Assembly: GCA_965215505.1 (NCBI GenBank) | Contig: OZ244065.1 | Span: 3,264,001 to 3,328,000 of the forward strand | DNA length: 64,000 nucleotides | Direction: 5' to 3' | From: Capsulimonadaceae bacterium | GTDB taxonomy: Bacteria > Armatimonadota > Armatimonadia > Armatimonadales > Capsulimonadaceae | Shown here: positions 1 to 8,361 of the stretch, one piece after another | Layout: the number at the start of each line of letters is the position of its first letter | Position numbering within the stretch: the stretch's first letter is position 1 | Translations under genes and position numbers: made by a program | Notes under the pieces: generated by a model | The model's database searches: none | What the model saw: only the letters and a program-made list of their open reading frames with translations | Told to the model about the DNA's origin: nothing

Positions 1-840
1 CTGTGGAGCGGGCTGGTCGGGCTGGTGCTACTGACCGCCTTCCTGACCGTCATCGGCCTGCCTCTGGGGATCGTGCTGGCTTTCTGGGCGATCTACTTCC
101 TGTTTTTGATCGTCCTGACCCGCATCTTCGCCGAGGCCGGGGCGGGCTGGGCCTGGGGGCCGATGGTGAACGTCCACACGGTCGTCATGGACGCGGTCGG
201 CGTCAGCGGCATGGGGGCGCGCACCCTGACCACCTTCGGGTATCTGGACTGGTTTGATAACGAGTTCCGGGACACGGCCATGCCACACCAACTGGAAGCG
301 ATGAAGATGGGGCGTGAGACGGACACGCCGCGCCGCCAGCTCTTCTACGCCCTGCTGCTGGCCGCCGCCGTCTCGGGCGCCGTCGCCTTCTGGGCCTACC
401 TGCACATGTATTATGAGTTCGGGGCGGCCTCGGCCAAGGTCCGCCCCGCCCTGCAAGGGCTTGGCCTGGGGCACCTGAAGGAGATCGCGAGCTGGATCAA
501 AAGCCCCACCCCCGCCGACCCGAACTCCCTGCGCGCGATGTTCGCGGGCGGCGTCCTGGTGCTGGCGCTTGCCGCTCTGCGTCAGGCCTTCGTCTGGTGC
601 CCCTTCCACCCCATCGGCTACGCGCTGGCCGGGACCGCCTCGATGGAGTACATGTGGTGCCCGTTCTTCATCGCCTGGGTCGCCAAGTCCGTGATCCTGC
701 GCTACGGCGGGTACACGCTGTACCGTCAGGCGTTGCCCTTCTTCCTGGGGTTAATTTTGGGTGACTACATCGTGCCGACGTTGTGGGGGCTGTGGGGGAT
801 GGCCGCCCACACGCAGGTCTACATGTCGTTCCCGCACTGA
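1..840 (+). CDS. Multi-pass membrane protein, DUF6785/DUF6784-like (5' truncated by window edge)
   Basis: Frame open from position 1; many TM segments; C-terminal WCPFHPIGY...FIAW..K..ILRYGG...Y....PFFLGLILGD pattern. Confidence 0.7.
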   Translation: MWSGLVGLVLLTAFLTVIGLPLGIVLAFWAIYFLFLIVLTRIFAEAGAGWAWGPMVNVHTVVMDAVGVSGMGARTLTTFGYLDWFDNEFRDTAMPHQLEAMKMGRETDTPRRQLFYALLLAAAVSGAVAFWAYLHMYYEFGAASAKVRPALQGLGLGHLKEIASWIKSPTPADPNSLRAMFAGGVLVLALAALRQAFVWCPFHPIGYALAGTASMEYMWCPFFIAWVAKSVILRYGGYTLYRQALPFFLGLILGDYIVPTLWGLWGMAAHTQVYMSFPH

Positions 841-870
841 GGCGTTCGGAGCAGGAAGAAGGGGGAGGGA

Positions 871-945
871 GTGAGGGCGGGGGGACCCAGCCCCTACACG
901 GACAGGACTATCATCCGTAGGGGTAGGGCTTGCCCCTACCCTTTT
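871..945. repeat. GTAG-type REP-like palindromes
   Basis: cccagcccctac and gtaggggtagggcttgcccctaccc hairpins between convergent genes. Confidence 0.5.
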
Positions 946-1142
946 TCCGGCTCTCTTTCCTGCCAACGACCGGGCCGTGCCGCGATCACGCCGGCCGGTT
1001 CGTCCTGCATCATGTCGGCGGCATTCAGGGCCACCCTAGTTTCCACCATCTCGCTTTCCTCTGGGGTCAGACCGAGAAAGTCAGCGACCGTGCCGACGCG
1101 GAACCCTGCTTGTTCCAGTCGTTCACGCTTGGCTGTGTCCAT
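936..1142 (-). pseudogene. Truncated XRE/HigA-type antitoxin (N-terminal part only, HTH missing)
   Basis: MDTAKRERLEQAGFRVGTVADFLGLTPEE matches the N-terminus of XRE antitoxins; similarity ends before an HTH. Confidence 0.5.
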
Positions 1143-1147
1143 ACAGA

Positions 1148-2521
1148 TTATCCTCCCAATCTGTCAAGCCGCGCCTGAGCGCGGCGGGCATGGATGCTGT
1201 CAATGCCGGGCGCGACGGCCTGCCGGAAGGCTTCGCGGGCGGCGTCAGGCTCGCCTGAACCCAGGAAGGCTTCGCCCAAGCCATAATGCGCCTTCGTCAA
1301 GCCGATGACGTCCGGCTCGCAGTCCAGGTACTTGCGCCACCAGTCTAGGCTTTGGCCATAGTCGCCGAGCGCGGACGCCGCCGGGGCAAGTTCACTGTAA
1401 ACACCCAGCAGGCCGGCGCGGTCCTGATTGAAGCCCGGCAGGCGGCTCTCGACACTTTCCTGCATCCGGCGCGCGTCCTCGGCTTGACCTAATTGGGCGT
1501 AGACGCGCACAGCGGTCGCGTCACTGTAGAGGACCATCTTGTCCTCCCCGTCCGTCGCTGGCGGGGGCAGCGGGAACGTCTCCCGCGAGACGCCAAGCCC
1601 GGCCCATGCTTCCCGGAGGGCCGCCAGCGCCGCCTCGGGCCGATCGTCGTTCGCCTCGATCCAGGCCAGCGTGAGCGAGCAGATGACCTGCGTCCGCTGC
1701 TCCATGTCGGGCCTGTCCCAGCGCGGGCCTTTCTTCATGTCGGCGACCACGGCGCGCGCCTCCTCGTAACGCCCCGTGTCCCGCAGGCACTCTGCCTCCA
1801 GGAGTCGCCCGCCCCGACCGGGGTGAGCGAACGTATCCGTCGCAAGGCGGGCCATGGCGATGGCCGACGCGAACGCCCCGCGCTTGCGCTGGATTGTCGC
1901 CAGCGTTGTCAGGCCTTGCGCGATCTCCTGGGGCTTGCCGCCTGCCTTCGCGAGTTCCAGGGCTTGAATGTAGTGGGTTTCGGCCTTCTCTAGATCGCCC
2001 AGGGTGGAGTAGCCGACGCCGCACATGCGGTGCATAATGAGGCGGATCGTTGGGTCCGGGTAGTTAGCGAGGGAGGCACCAGCCCAGATGATGGTCTTTG
2101 CCGGGCGGCTCGCCTCGTAGTGCGCCAGCGCCAGCTTCGCCATGAGGTACGCGCGGCTCGGCCCCGGTGTGGGAGGCGCTGCGGATATCATAGGCACGGC
2201 GGGCATCAGGCGCAGGGCCTGCTCATAGGCGGCGCAGGCTTCATCATGGCGGTGGTCGCGCTTGAGCAGGTCGCCTTTGGTCATCAGAGCCATCGGATCC
2301 TCTGCCCCGCCTTCCGCGATGTTTGTGGCGAGTTCACGCTCCGCCGCCGCTTCCTCCACTTGCCCCAGGCTGGCTAAGGTGTCTGCCAGGCGTCGGCGCG
2401 TGTCGGCTTCCAGGCCTGCCGGGAGAGGCTGGGCCAGGAGGTGTCGGAACGCTTCGACGGCCTCCGTGTATCGCTTCTCTAAAAAGAGGCGTATGCCTAC
2501 TTCCTGCGTCATCTCATTCAT
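1148..2521 (-). CDS. Tetratricopeptide repeat protein
   Basis: Repeated TPR patterns (LG...EA...Y..AL) over 457 aa. Confidence 0.85.
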   Translation of the reverse strand: MNEMTQEVGIRLFLEKRYTEAVEAFRHLLAQPLPAGLEADTRRRLADTLASLGQVEEAAAERELATNIAEGGAEDPMALMTKGDLLKRDHRHDEACAAYEQALRLMPAVPMISAAPPTPGPSRAYLMAKLALAHYEASRPAKTIIWAGASLANYPDPTIRLIMHRMCGVGYSTLGDLEKAETHYIQALELAKAGGKPQEIAQGLTTLATIQRKRGAFASAIAMARLATDTFAHPGRGGRLLEAECLRDTGRYEEARAVVADMKKGPRWDRPDMEQRTQVICSLTLAWIEANDDRPEAALAALREAWAGLGVSRETFPLPPPATDGEDKMVLYSDATAVRVYAQLGQAEDARRMQESVESRLPGFNQDRAGLLGVYSELAPAASALGDYGQSLDWWRKYLDCEPDVIGLTKAHYGLGEAFLGSGEPDAAREAFRQAVAPGIDSIHARRAQARLDRLGG

Positions 2522-2569
2522 GCCGCCCTATACGCCGGGAACCATTCTTTCTCCTGCCGCATTCTACCT

Positions 2570-2590
2570 ATTGAGTGTGCTAAACTCAAG
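2570..2590. promoter_or_regulatory. HAIR-like (HspR-associated inverted repeat) operator
   Basis: ATTGAGT-N7-ACTCAAG, one mismatch from CTTGAGT-N7-ACTCAAG, upstream of hsp20-lon. Confidence 0.7.
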
Positions 2591-2708
2591 TAAGTTCAGA
2601 AAAATCAACCGTTTGGGAACCTCGGGAGTGGGTACAACGTAGCACTCCCTCAAGGGTTCATCTTTAGAAGCATCACTAGAAGCATCACTTAAGAGCAGGA
2701 GACGCACA

Positions 2709-3254
2709 ATGGCGTTCAATGATTACCGCGACATCATCCGGCAGATGGAGCGCGAAATGCAGCAGTTGTCGGATGAGGCGTTCCGGGGCTTCTTCGCCCT
2801 GCCGACCGGCACGGCGGGCCGCTTCTGGCAGCCGCCGGTGGATGTCCACGAGACGGCCGAGGCCATGCTGATCAAGGTGGAGCTGGCGGGGGTCAAGGCG
2901 GACGACATCCACGTCGCGCTGACGCCCGACGACCGCATCCTCAACATCAGCGGGACGCGGCGGGAGGGGCAGGATTCGCGCGAAGGCCGGGTCCGCAGCC
3001 ACCATCTAGAGATCTACGTCGGCCCGTTCGAGCGCGCCATCGCCCTGCCGAGCGGCTTCCGGCTCAACCGGGACGCCATCAAGGCCACCTACCGGGACGG
3101 CTTCCTGCTGGTGACGCTGCCGAAGCGGGCGCGGGCGGAGATGCCGACGGCGCGCATCATCCCAATCAGCACGGACGACGAGGCGACGCCCCTTGACGAT
3201 CAGTTTGATGCACAGAAGACTGAAACTGACAAGACAGAAAATGAGGACAAGTAA
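2709..3254 (+). CDS. Hsp20/alpha-crystallin small heat shock protein
   Basis: WQPPVDVHET...ELAGV...GPFERAIALP...IKATYRDGFLLVTLPK motif; AGGAG RBS. Confidence 0.93.
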   Translation: MAFNDYRDIIRQMEREMQQLSDEAFRGFFALPTGTAGRFWQPPVDVHETAEAMLIKVELAGVKADDIHVALTPDDRILNISGTRREGQDSREGRVRSHHLEIYVGPFERAIALPSGFRLNRDAIKATYRDGFLLVTLPKRARAEMPTARIIPISTDDEATPLDDQFDAQKTETDKTENEDK

Positions 3255-3259
3255 CATCC

Positions 3260-5851
3260 ATGTCCGATAACAACTATAACGAGGCCGACGACATCCTGGC
3301 CGGGCATACGCCGGCCGAAGAAACCAAGGTAGACGAGATCGCCGAGGACATGCCGATTGACGGCGAGGTCGCCGACCAGATCGTCAAGCAGATCAACAGT
3401 GACGGGACGGGCCATCCCCCGATCCCCGATGAGCTGCCGCTGCTGCCGCTGCGCGACACCGTGATCTTCCCGGTCCTGGTCGCCCCCATCGCGGTGGGGC
3501 GCGAGAACAGCATCAAGCTGGTGGACGAGGCCGTCTCGCGCGGCGACCGCATCATCGGCGTCGTCGCCATGAAGGACTCGTCGGTCGAGAACGCCACCGC
3601 CGCAGACATCCACCCGATGGGCGTCGCGGTCGTCATCCGCATGATGGCGAAGGTGCCCGACGGCGGCATCCGCATGATCGTCCAGGGCATCGCGCGCATC
3701 CAGATCCAGCAGGTGCTGGAGGAAGAGCCGTACCTGCGGGCGCGGGTCAAGGTGCTGGACTCGAAGACCGAGATCGCCGAAGAGGACAAGGTCGAGGTCG
3801 AGGCCCTGAAGCGCGGCATCGGCGATCTGTTCGGCAAGATCGTCTCGCTGTCGGGGAACATGCCGGACGAGCTGGCCGGGCTGTCGTCGTCCATCGACGA
3901 CCCCGCCGTGATGACCGACCTGATCGCCGCCCACATGCCGATCGACGCCGAGGACAAGCAGCGCATTCTGGAGACGGTCAACCTGAAGGACCGCATGAAC
4001 GCCCTGCTGGAACTGATGACCAAGGAGCAGCAGGTGCTGGAGATCGGCTCCAAGCTCCAGTCGCAGGTGTCCGAGGGGATCAACAAGACGCAGCGCGAGT
4101 ACTATCTGCGCGAGCAGCTCAAGGCCATTCAGAAGGAACTGGGCGAGGGCGACGAGCGCGGCGAGGAGCAGGACGAGCTTCGCAAGAAGGTCGAAGAGGC
4201 CCACATGCCCGAGGACGCCTTGAAGGAGGCGAATCGGGAGATGGACCGCTTGCAGCGCATGTCGCCGGGCGCACCCGACTACACCACGACCCGGACCTAC
4301 CTGGACTGGCTGGTGGCGATGCCGTGGGACAAGGCCACGCCGGACAACCTGGACATCCCCAGCGTCAAGGCGCACCTGGACGCCGACCACTACGGGCTGG
4401 AGAAGATCAAGGACCGCATCCTGGAGTACCTGTCGGTCCGCAAGTTCAAGACCGGCGGCGACCTGCGCCAGCCCATCCTGTGCTTCGTCGGCCCGCCCGG
4501 AGTGGGCAAGACCAGCCTGGCGAAGTCCATTGCGGGAGCGATGGGCAAGAAGTTCGTCCGCATCAGCCTGGGCGGCACGCACGACGAGTCGGAGATTCGC
4601 GGCCACCGGCGCACCTACATCGGCGCCCTGCCCGGCCAGATCATCCAGGGCATCAAGCGGGCCGAGACGAACAACCCGCTGTTCGTGCTGGACGAGATAG
4701 ACAAGGTGGGCGCTGACTACCGGGGCGACCCGTCCTCGGCCCTGCTGGAAGCTTTGGACCCGGAGCAGAACACGACGTTCCGGGACAACTACCTGGACGT
4801 GAACTTCGACCTGTCCAAAGTGCTGTTCGTGACCACGGCCAACCAGCTCGACACCATCCAGCCGGCGCTCAGGGACCGCATGGAGATCATCGAGCTGTCC
4901 GGCTACACCGAGGAAGAAAAGACACAGATCGCCGTGCGCCACCTGGTCCCGAAGCAATTGGGCGAGCACGGGCTGACCGAGGTGACCTTCACCGAGGGCG
5001 CGGTCAAGGCCATCGTCCGGGGCTACACCCGCGAGGCGGGCGTCCGGTCTCTGGAGCGCGAGATCGCCGCCGTCTGCCGCAAGGTGACGCGCGAGTTCGC
5101 CGAGGGGCGGACCGAGCCACTGACGATTGATGGCGCGCAGGTGGAGAAGTATCTCGGCTCGCCGCGCTTCGAGTACGAGGAGGTGGCGGAGCGGACCGAG
5201 CAGCCGGGCGTCGTGACCGGCCTGGTCTGGACCCCGGTGGGGGGCGACGTGGTCTTCATCGAGGCGTCCCGGATGGCGGGCGGCAAGGGGTTGCAGCTCA
5301 CGGGCCAATTGGGGGACGTGATGAAGGAGTCGGCGCAGACGGCGCTGTCCTATGTCCGCGCCCACGCGGACGCCCTGCACATCGCGCCGGACTTCTACGA
5401 GACCAGCGACCTGCACATCCACGTCCCCGCCGGGGCCGTGCCGAAGGACGGCCCGAGCGCGGGCGTCACGATGACAAGCGCTATCGCCTCGCTCCTGACG
5501 GGCCGCCCGATCAAGACGGCCCTGGCGATGACCGGCGAGGTGACATTGTCGGGGAAGGTGCTGCCGGTCGGCGGCATCAAGGAGAAGGTGCTGGCGGCCA
5601 AGCGCGCGGGGATCAAGACGATCATCCTGCCCGAGAGGAACCGCAAGGACCTGATGGAAGACATCCCCGCCGAGCTTCGGAAGGGCATGGAGTTCATCTT
5701 CGCCCGCGACGTCCACGAGGTCATCGCCGCCGCCTTGCAGCCGATGGACGCCCCCAAGCCGGCGAAGGCCAAGAACGGCGTCCGCCTGAAGACGATGGAG
5801 GCGGCCCCGCCGTCCGCCGACATCGTCGCGAACGTGCCGGCGAATGCCTGA
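3260..5851 (+). CDS. lon: ATP-dependent protease La (Lon)
   Basis: LPLLPLRD N-domain, Walker [23 protein letters not shown], catalytic PKDGPSAG and GGIKEK. Confidence 0.98.
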   Translation: MSDNNYNEADDILAGHTPAEETKVDEIAEDMPIDGEVADQIVKQINSDGTGHPPIPDELPLLPLRDTVIFPVLVAPIAVGRENSIKLVDEAVSRGDRIIGVVAMKDSSVENATAADIHPMGVAVVIRMMAKVPDGGIRMIVQGIARIQIQQVLEEEPYLRARVKVLDSKTEIAEEDKVEVEALKRGIGDLFGKIVSLSGNMPDELAGLSSSIDDPAVMTDLIAAHMPIDAEDKQRILETVNLKDRMNALLELMTKEQQVLEIGSKLQSQVSEGINKTQREYYLREQLKAIQKELGEGDERGEEQDELRKKVEEAHMPEDALKEANREMDRLQRMSPGAPDYTTTRTYLDWLVAMPWDKATPDNLDIPSVKAHLDADHYGLEKIKDRILEYLSVRKFKTGGDLRQPILCFVGPPGVGKTSLAKSIAGAMGKKFVRISLGGTHDESEIRGHRRTYIGALPGQIIQGIKRAETNNPLFVLDEIDKVGADYRGDPSSALLEALDPEQNTTFRDNYLDVNFDLSKVLFVTTANQLDTIQPALRDRMEIIELSGYTEEEKTQIAVRHLVPKQLGEHGLTEVTFTEGAVKAIVRGYTREAGVRSLEREIAAVCRKVTREFAEGRTEPLTIDGAQVEKYLGSPRFEYEEVAERTEQPGVVTGLVWTPVGGDVVFIEASRMAGGKGLQLTGQLGDVMKESAQTALSYVRAHADALHIAPDFYETSDLHIHVPAGAVPKDGPSAGVTMTSAIASLLTGRPIKTALAMTGEVTLSGKVLPVGGIKEKVLAAKRAGIKTIILPERNRKDLMEDIPAELRKGMEFIFARDVHEVIAAALQPMDAPKPAKAKNGVRLKTMEAAPPSADIVANVPANA

Positions 5852-5864
5852 TGGTAGATGAAGG

Positions 5865-5896
5865 AAAGCCCCCGCCTCGGTTGAGGCGGGGGCTTT
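5865..5896. terminator. Bidirectional intrinsic terminator, repeat copy 1
   Basis: aaagcccccgcctc-ggtt-gaggcgggggcttt hairpin between convergent genes. Confidence 0.85.
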
Positions 5897-5898
5897 TC

Positions 5899-7380
5899 CT
5901 ACAGGTAAGCCAGATCTGAAACTACTATTGGGGAAAAGCCATCCTCGCCAGTAAGGGTTCCCGACCAGACTATATCATTCTGGTTTAGACCTTCTCTCTG
6001 CTTTATCACAGGAATAATCTGCTCAGCCAGCAGGGGTCTAGAACATATCAAACAGACGATGATGTCTGAAAATTCATTCCTGTTTTTCAACCTCTCGCCT
6101 TGTCTAAATACCGACGAAACATCTGCCGCAATCGAGTCGATTGGCCGAAATTCATCCACAAACCGAATCTCGAAGCCAACGAAGCGGCCGGATGGCAGTT
6201 GCACGGACACATCTGGGAAGGAAGAAGGATTGTGATTGATAGCAGCGAAGGGGTACTGAGCGTTAAGCCAATTGGCTAGGTGAACGCCTGCGTTGAGCTT
6301 TTTCAAGGTTCGCTGGCCCTGAAGTTGCTCTCTAAACTCTGGCGAAATTCGGAAGCCTATTTTTCGTCCTTTCACCGTGTCTCTATGATTTCTTTCAGAG
6401 TTTGGGGGTTCTTCCTGCTCCATCTGAGCGCTCTCAACTTCGTCCTGCTCCACGCGGCTTGCATCCGAAATCGAGGTGCTGGAAAACGAGGCTCCTAGGT
6501 ACTTCTTTGCGCCTTCCATGAATTGCGTTAAAGTGTACAGATAGAAGGGAGAATTCGACTCCTTGTACATCTCTTGGACCAGTTCCTTCCGCGCTCTTTT
6601 TGCTCTACCCCAGGACTCAACCCAGTCTGCCTTCTGCTCTTGGTTGACCATCAAGATAGGGCGACTCGCTTCTTTTGCCTTGTCTATAGTCTGATACCAA
6701 ACAAGCAAATCACCATACTTGTCATCGCCATCTTTTTTGCTATCCTCATATCCTGGCGGCACCTGCGGAACACGGCCATAACGTACTGCGCCCTCAGCAT
6801 ATATCTCCTTCAGCCGCTTCTCATCGTACTCATCTCCGACGTTATCACCCAGTAATTCCGTGATCCGCATGAGGATGGAGTCATTCGTGATGAGTGCCTG
6901 CTGTTCATCCCGTACTGCTTCAAGTTGCTGGGTGAGTTGCTTGACACTCTCCGCAATGGAGTCCGTACCCGCAATGATTTTAGAGAATAGGTCTTCAAAA
7001 TTTGAAGCAACCCGCTCGGCAACAGCTTTCACGGCTTCGGGGGCATCCAAGCCTTTTTGCGCTTCTTCCGCGCTCTTTTTCATGTCGGGTAGTAGACGCT
7101 CAAGTCTGCCAAGCGCCTTCCTGTACTTGTTCACTTGTTGCTCTATGACATCGACGCGGTTTCGCTGGAATTCCAAGCCAGCCTGGTGTGGAACCCAGAC
7201 TCGATCTTTTACCGAACCAAGAAATGTGAACAGTTCAGTGCGTGTGGTCTTTTCAAGGCTATAGAAATCAAGAAGGGCATTTGCATCAAACACAAAGATG
7301 CCGGTCTTCCACCACTCGGTAAGATCCTCCTCAGATGGAGGGTAATAGCCAAAAAAGAGTTTTTTGAATTTCATGGTCAT
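5899..7380 (-). CDS. PIN-like domain protein (DUF4935/PIN_8-like) with coiled coil and extra C-terminal domain; AT-rich
   Basis: FVFDANALLDFY, VWVPHQAGLEFQRNR, PPGYEDSKK, GDLLVW, KADW motifs; start taken at MTMKF. Confidence 0.8.
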   Translation of the reverse strand: MTMKFKKLFFGYYPPSEEDLTEWWKTGIFVFDANALLDFYSLEKTTRTELFTFLGSVKDRVWVPHQAGLEFQRNRVDVIEQQVNKYRKALGRLERLLPDMKKSAEEAQKGLDAPEAVKAVAERVASNFEDLFSKIIAGTDSIAESVKQLTQQLEAVRDEQQALITNDSILMRITELLGDNVGDEYDEKRLKEIYAEGAVRYGRVPQVPPGYEDSKKDGDDKYGDLLVWYQTIDKAKEASRPILMVNQEQKADWVESWGRAKRARKELVQEMYKESNSPFYLYTLTQFMEGAKKYLGASFSSTSISDASRVEQDEVESAQMEQEEPPNSERNHRDTVKGRKIGFRISPEFREQLQGQRTLKKLNAGVHLANWLNAQYPFAAINHNPSSFPDVSVQLPSGRFVGFEIRFVDEFRPIDSIAADVSSVFRQGERLKNRNEFSDIIVCLICSRPLLAEQIIPVIKQREGLNQNDIVWSGTLTGEDGFSPIVVSDLAYL

Positions 7381-7489
7381 AGTTTTGGTTAGTTCATCGT
7401 CTTTGTGCTTAAATCCTGCTATATGGTGGAGATAGACGTTGGCGGCATAGTGATGGGTGCTCCAGTAACTTCTGACGGTGAGTGGGGTT

Positions 7490-7522
7490 AGCCCTCGCCT
7501 CAACCGAGGCGCTGGCTTTTTG
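7490..7522. repeat. Inverted copy of the lon-terminator repeat
   Basis: Core CGCCTCAACCGAGGCG is the reverse complement of CGCCTCGGTTGAGGCG. Confidence 0.75.
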
Positions 7523-7558
7523 TTACGCGGAATGGTACACTCTCCGTGAGGCTTATCT

Positions 7559-7993
7559 ATGACAGAGGATCAATGGAATGTGCGCCTTTGCTTTGTCGAT
7601 CCTCCGTGGGCTTACTTCACCACTCAGGACTTTGCAGAACAAACAGGCGAGAGGTGGGAAGATGCTCCCTACCAGGATTTCGCTGGGCCGCCGGAAGAGC
7701 CACCTGTGGGACAAAATCCCCCTGAATGGGAGATCGTCAAGGTCGCCTATGATTGTAGCAACCTCATCACCCCGGCCGTCATGTTGCAGGAGGCGCACTT
7801 GCCGATTCAGTTGAGCGTAAACGATATTAACAATGGCCGGGCACCTTGGCTCTACCAGAGGCCATTCGGAGACCCTGGCATCCAGGTGGCTGCTGGGTGT
7901 TCCCTCCGTAGCTTTGTCACTTGGTATATGCGGTCAATCGGCCAAACGGTTTACGTCCCGCTTGACGAGACAGCCACCCCGCCTCTGGAATAG
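7559..7993 (+). CDS. Hypothetical protein
   Basis: 144-aa ORF with WAYFTTQ...W.D.PY and SVNDINNGRAPWL patterns; no family recognised. Confidence 0.6.
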   Translation: MTEDQWNVRLCFVDPPWAYFTTQDFAEQTGERWEDAPYQDFAGPPEEPPVGQNPPEWEIVKVAYDCSNLITPAVMLQEAHLPIQLSVNDINNGRAPWLYQRPFGDPGIQVAAGCSLRSFVTWYMRSIGQTVYVPLDETATPPLE

Positions 7994-8004
7994 GAGAAAT
8001 CGAG

Positions 8005-8238
8005 ATGACGACTACGATAATGGGGCGCGACGGTCAAGTGACGCTGCCGGACGACGTTCAAGAGCGGTATGGGCTGAGGCCGGAAGTCTCGGTGCGCCTC
8101 ATCGAGACGCGCTCCGGCCTGCTGCTGGTGCCGCTGACGGACGCGCCGATGAGCGCGGAACTGACGCAGGAGCTTCAGGAGTGGCAGGCATTGGGCGCGG
8201 AGGCCTGGGCGCAGTTCCCGTATGAGGACGGGGAATGA
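8005..8238 (+). CDS. AbrB/MazE/SpoVT-family antitoxin
   Basis: MGRDGQVTLPDDVQERYGL...LLLVP swapped-hairpin motif; AGGAG RBS. Confidence 0.8.
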   Translation: MTTTIMGRDGQVTLPDDVQERYGLRPEVSVRLIETRSGLLLVPLTDAPMSAELTQELQEWQALGAEAWAQFPYEDGE

Positions 8239-8310
8239 ATGCGGGAACATATACTGGGCTGAGTTCCCGCCGTCCAGACATCGTGGCGAACATCCCGGCG
8301 CACGCTTGAC
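8235..8310 (+). pseudogene. Remnant of a MazF/PemK toxin 5' end
   Basis: ATGA overlap with the antitoxin stop; one frameshift gives MNAG-NIYWAEFPPSRHRGEHPGAR, resembling GDIYW.......G.E..G.RP. Confidence 0.55.
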
Positions 8311-8317
8311 GACAAGG

Positions 8318-8349
8318 AAGCCCCCACCTCGGTTGAGGCGGGGGCTTTT
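8318..8349. terminator. Intrinsic terminator, repeat copy 3 (direct copy of 5865-5896)
   Basis: aagcccccacctcggttgaggcgggggctttt. Confidence 0.85.
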
Positions 8350-8361
8350 GCCCGTCGGCCT

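Noticed and set aside
2640-2665. Possible CIRCE element (TAGCACTC)
   Set aside because: Only a left half-site; no GAGTGCTAA at 9-nt spacing
3200-5716. 838-aa ORF antisense to lon (also the long antisense ORFs over pknG, valS and parAB)
   Set aside because: Shadow ORFs expected from high GC3 codon bias; no protein motifs
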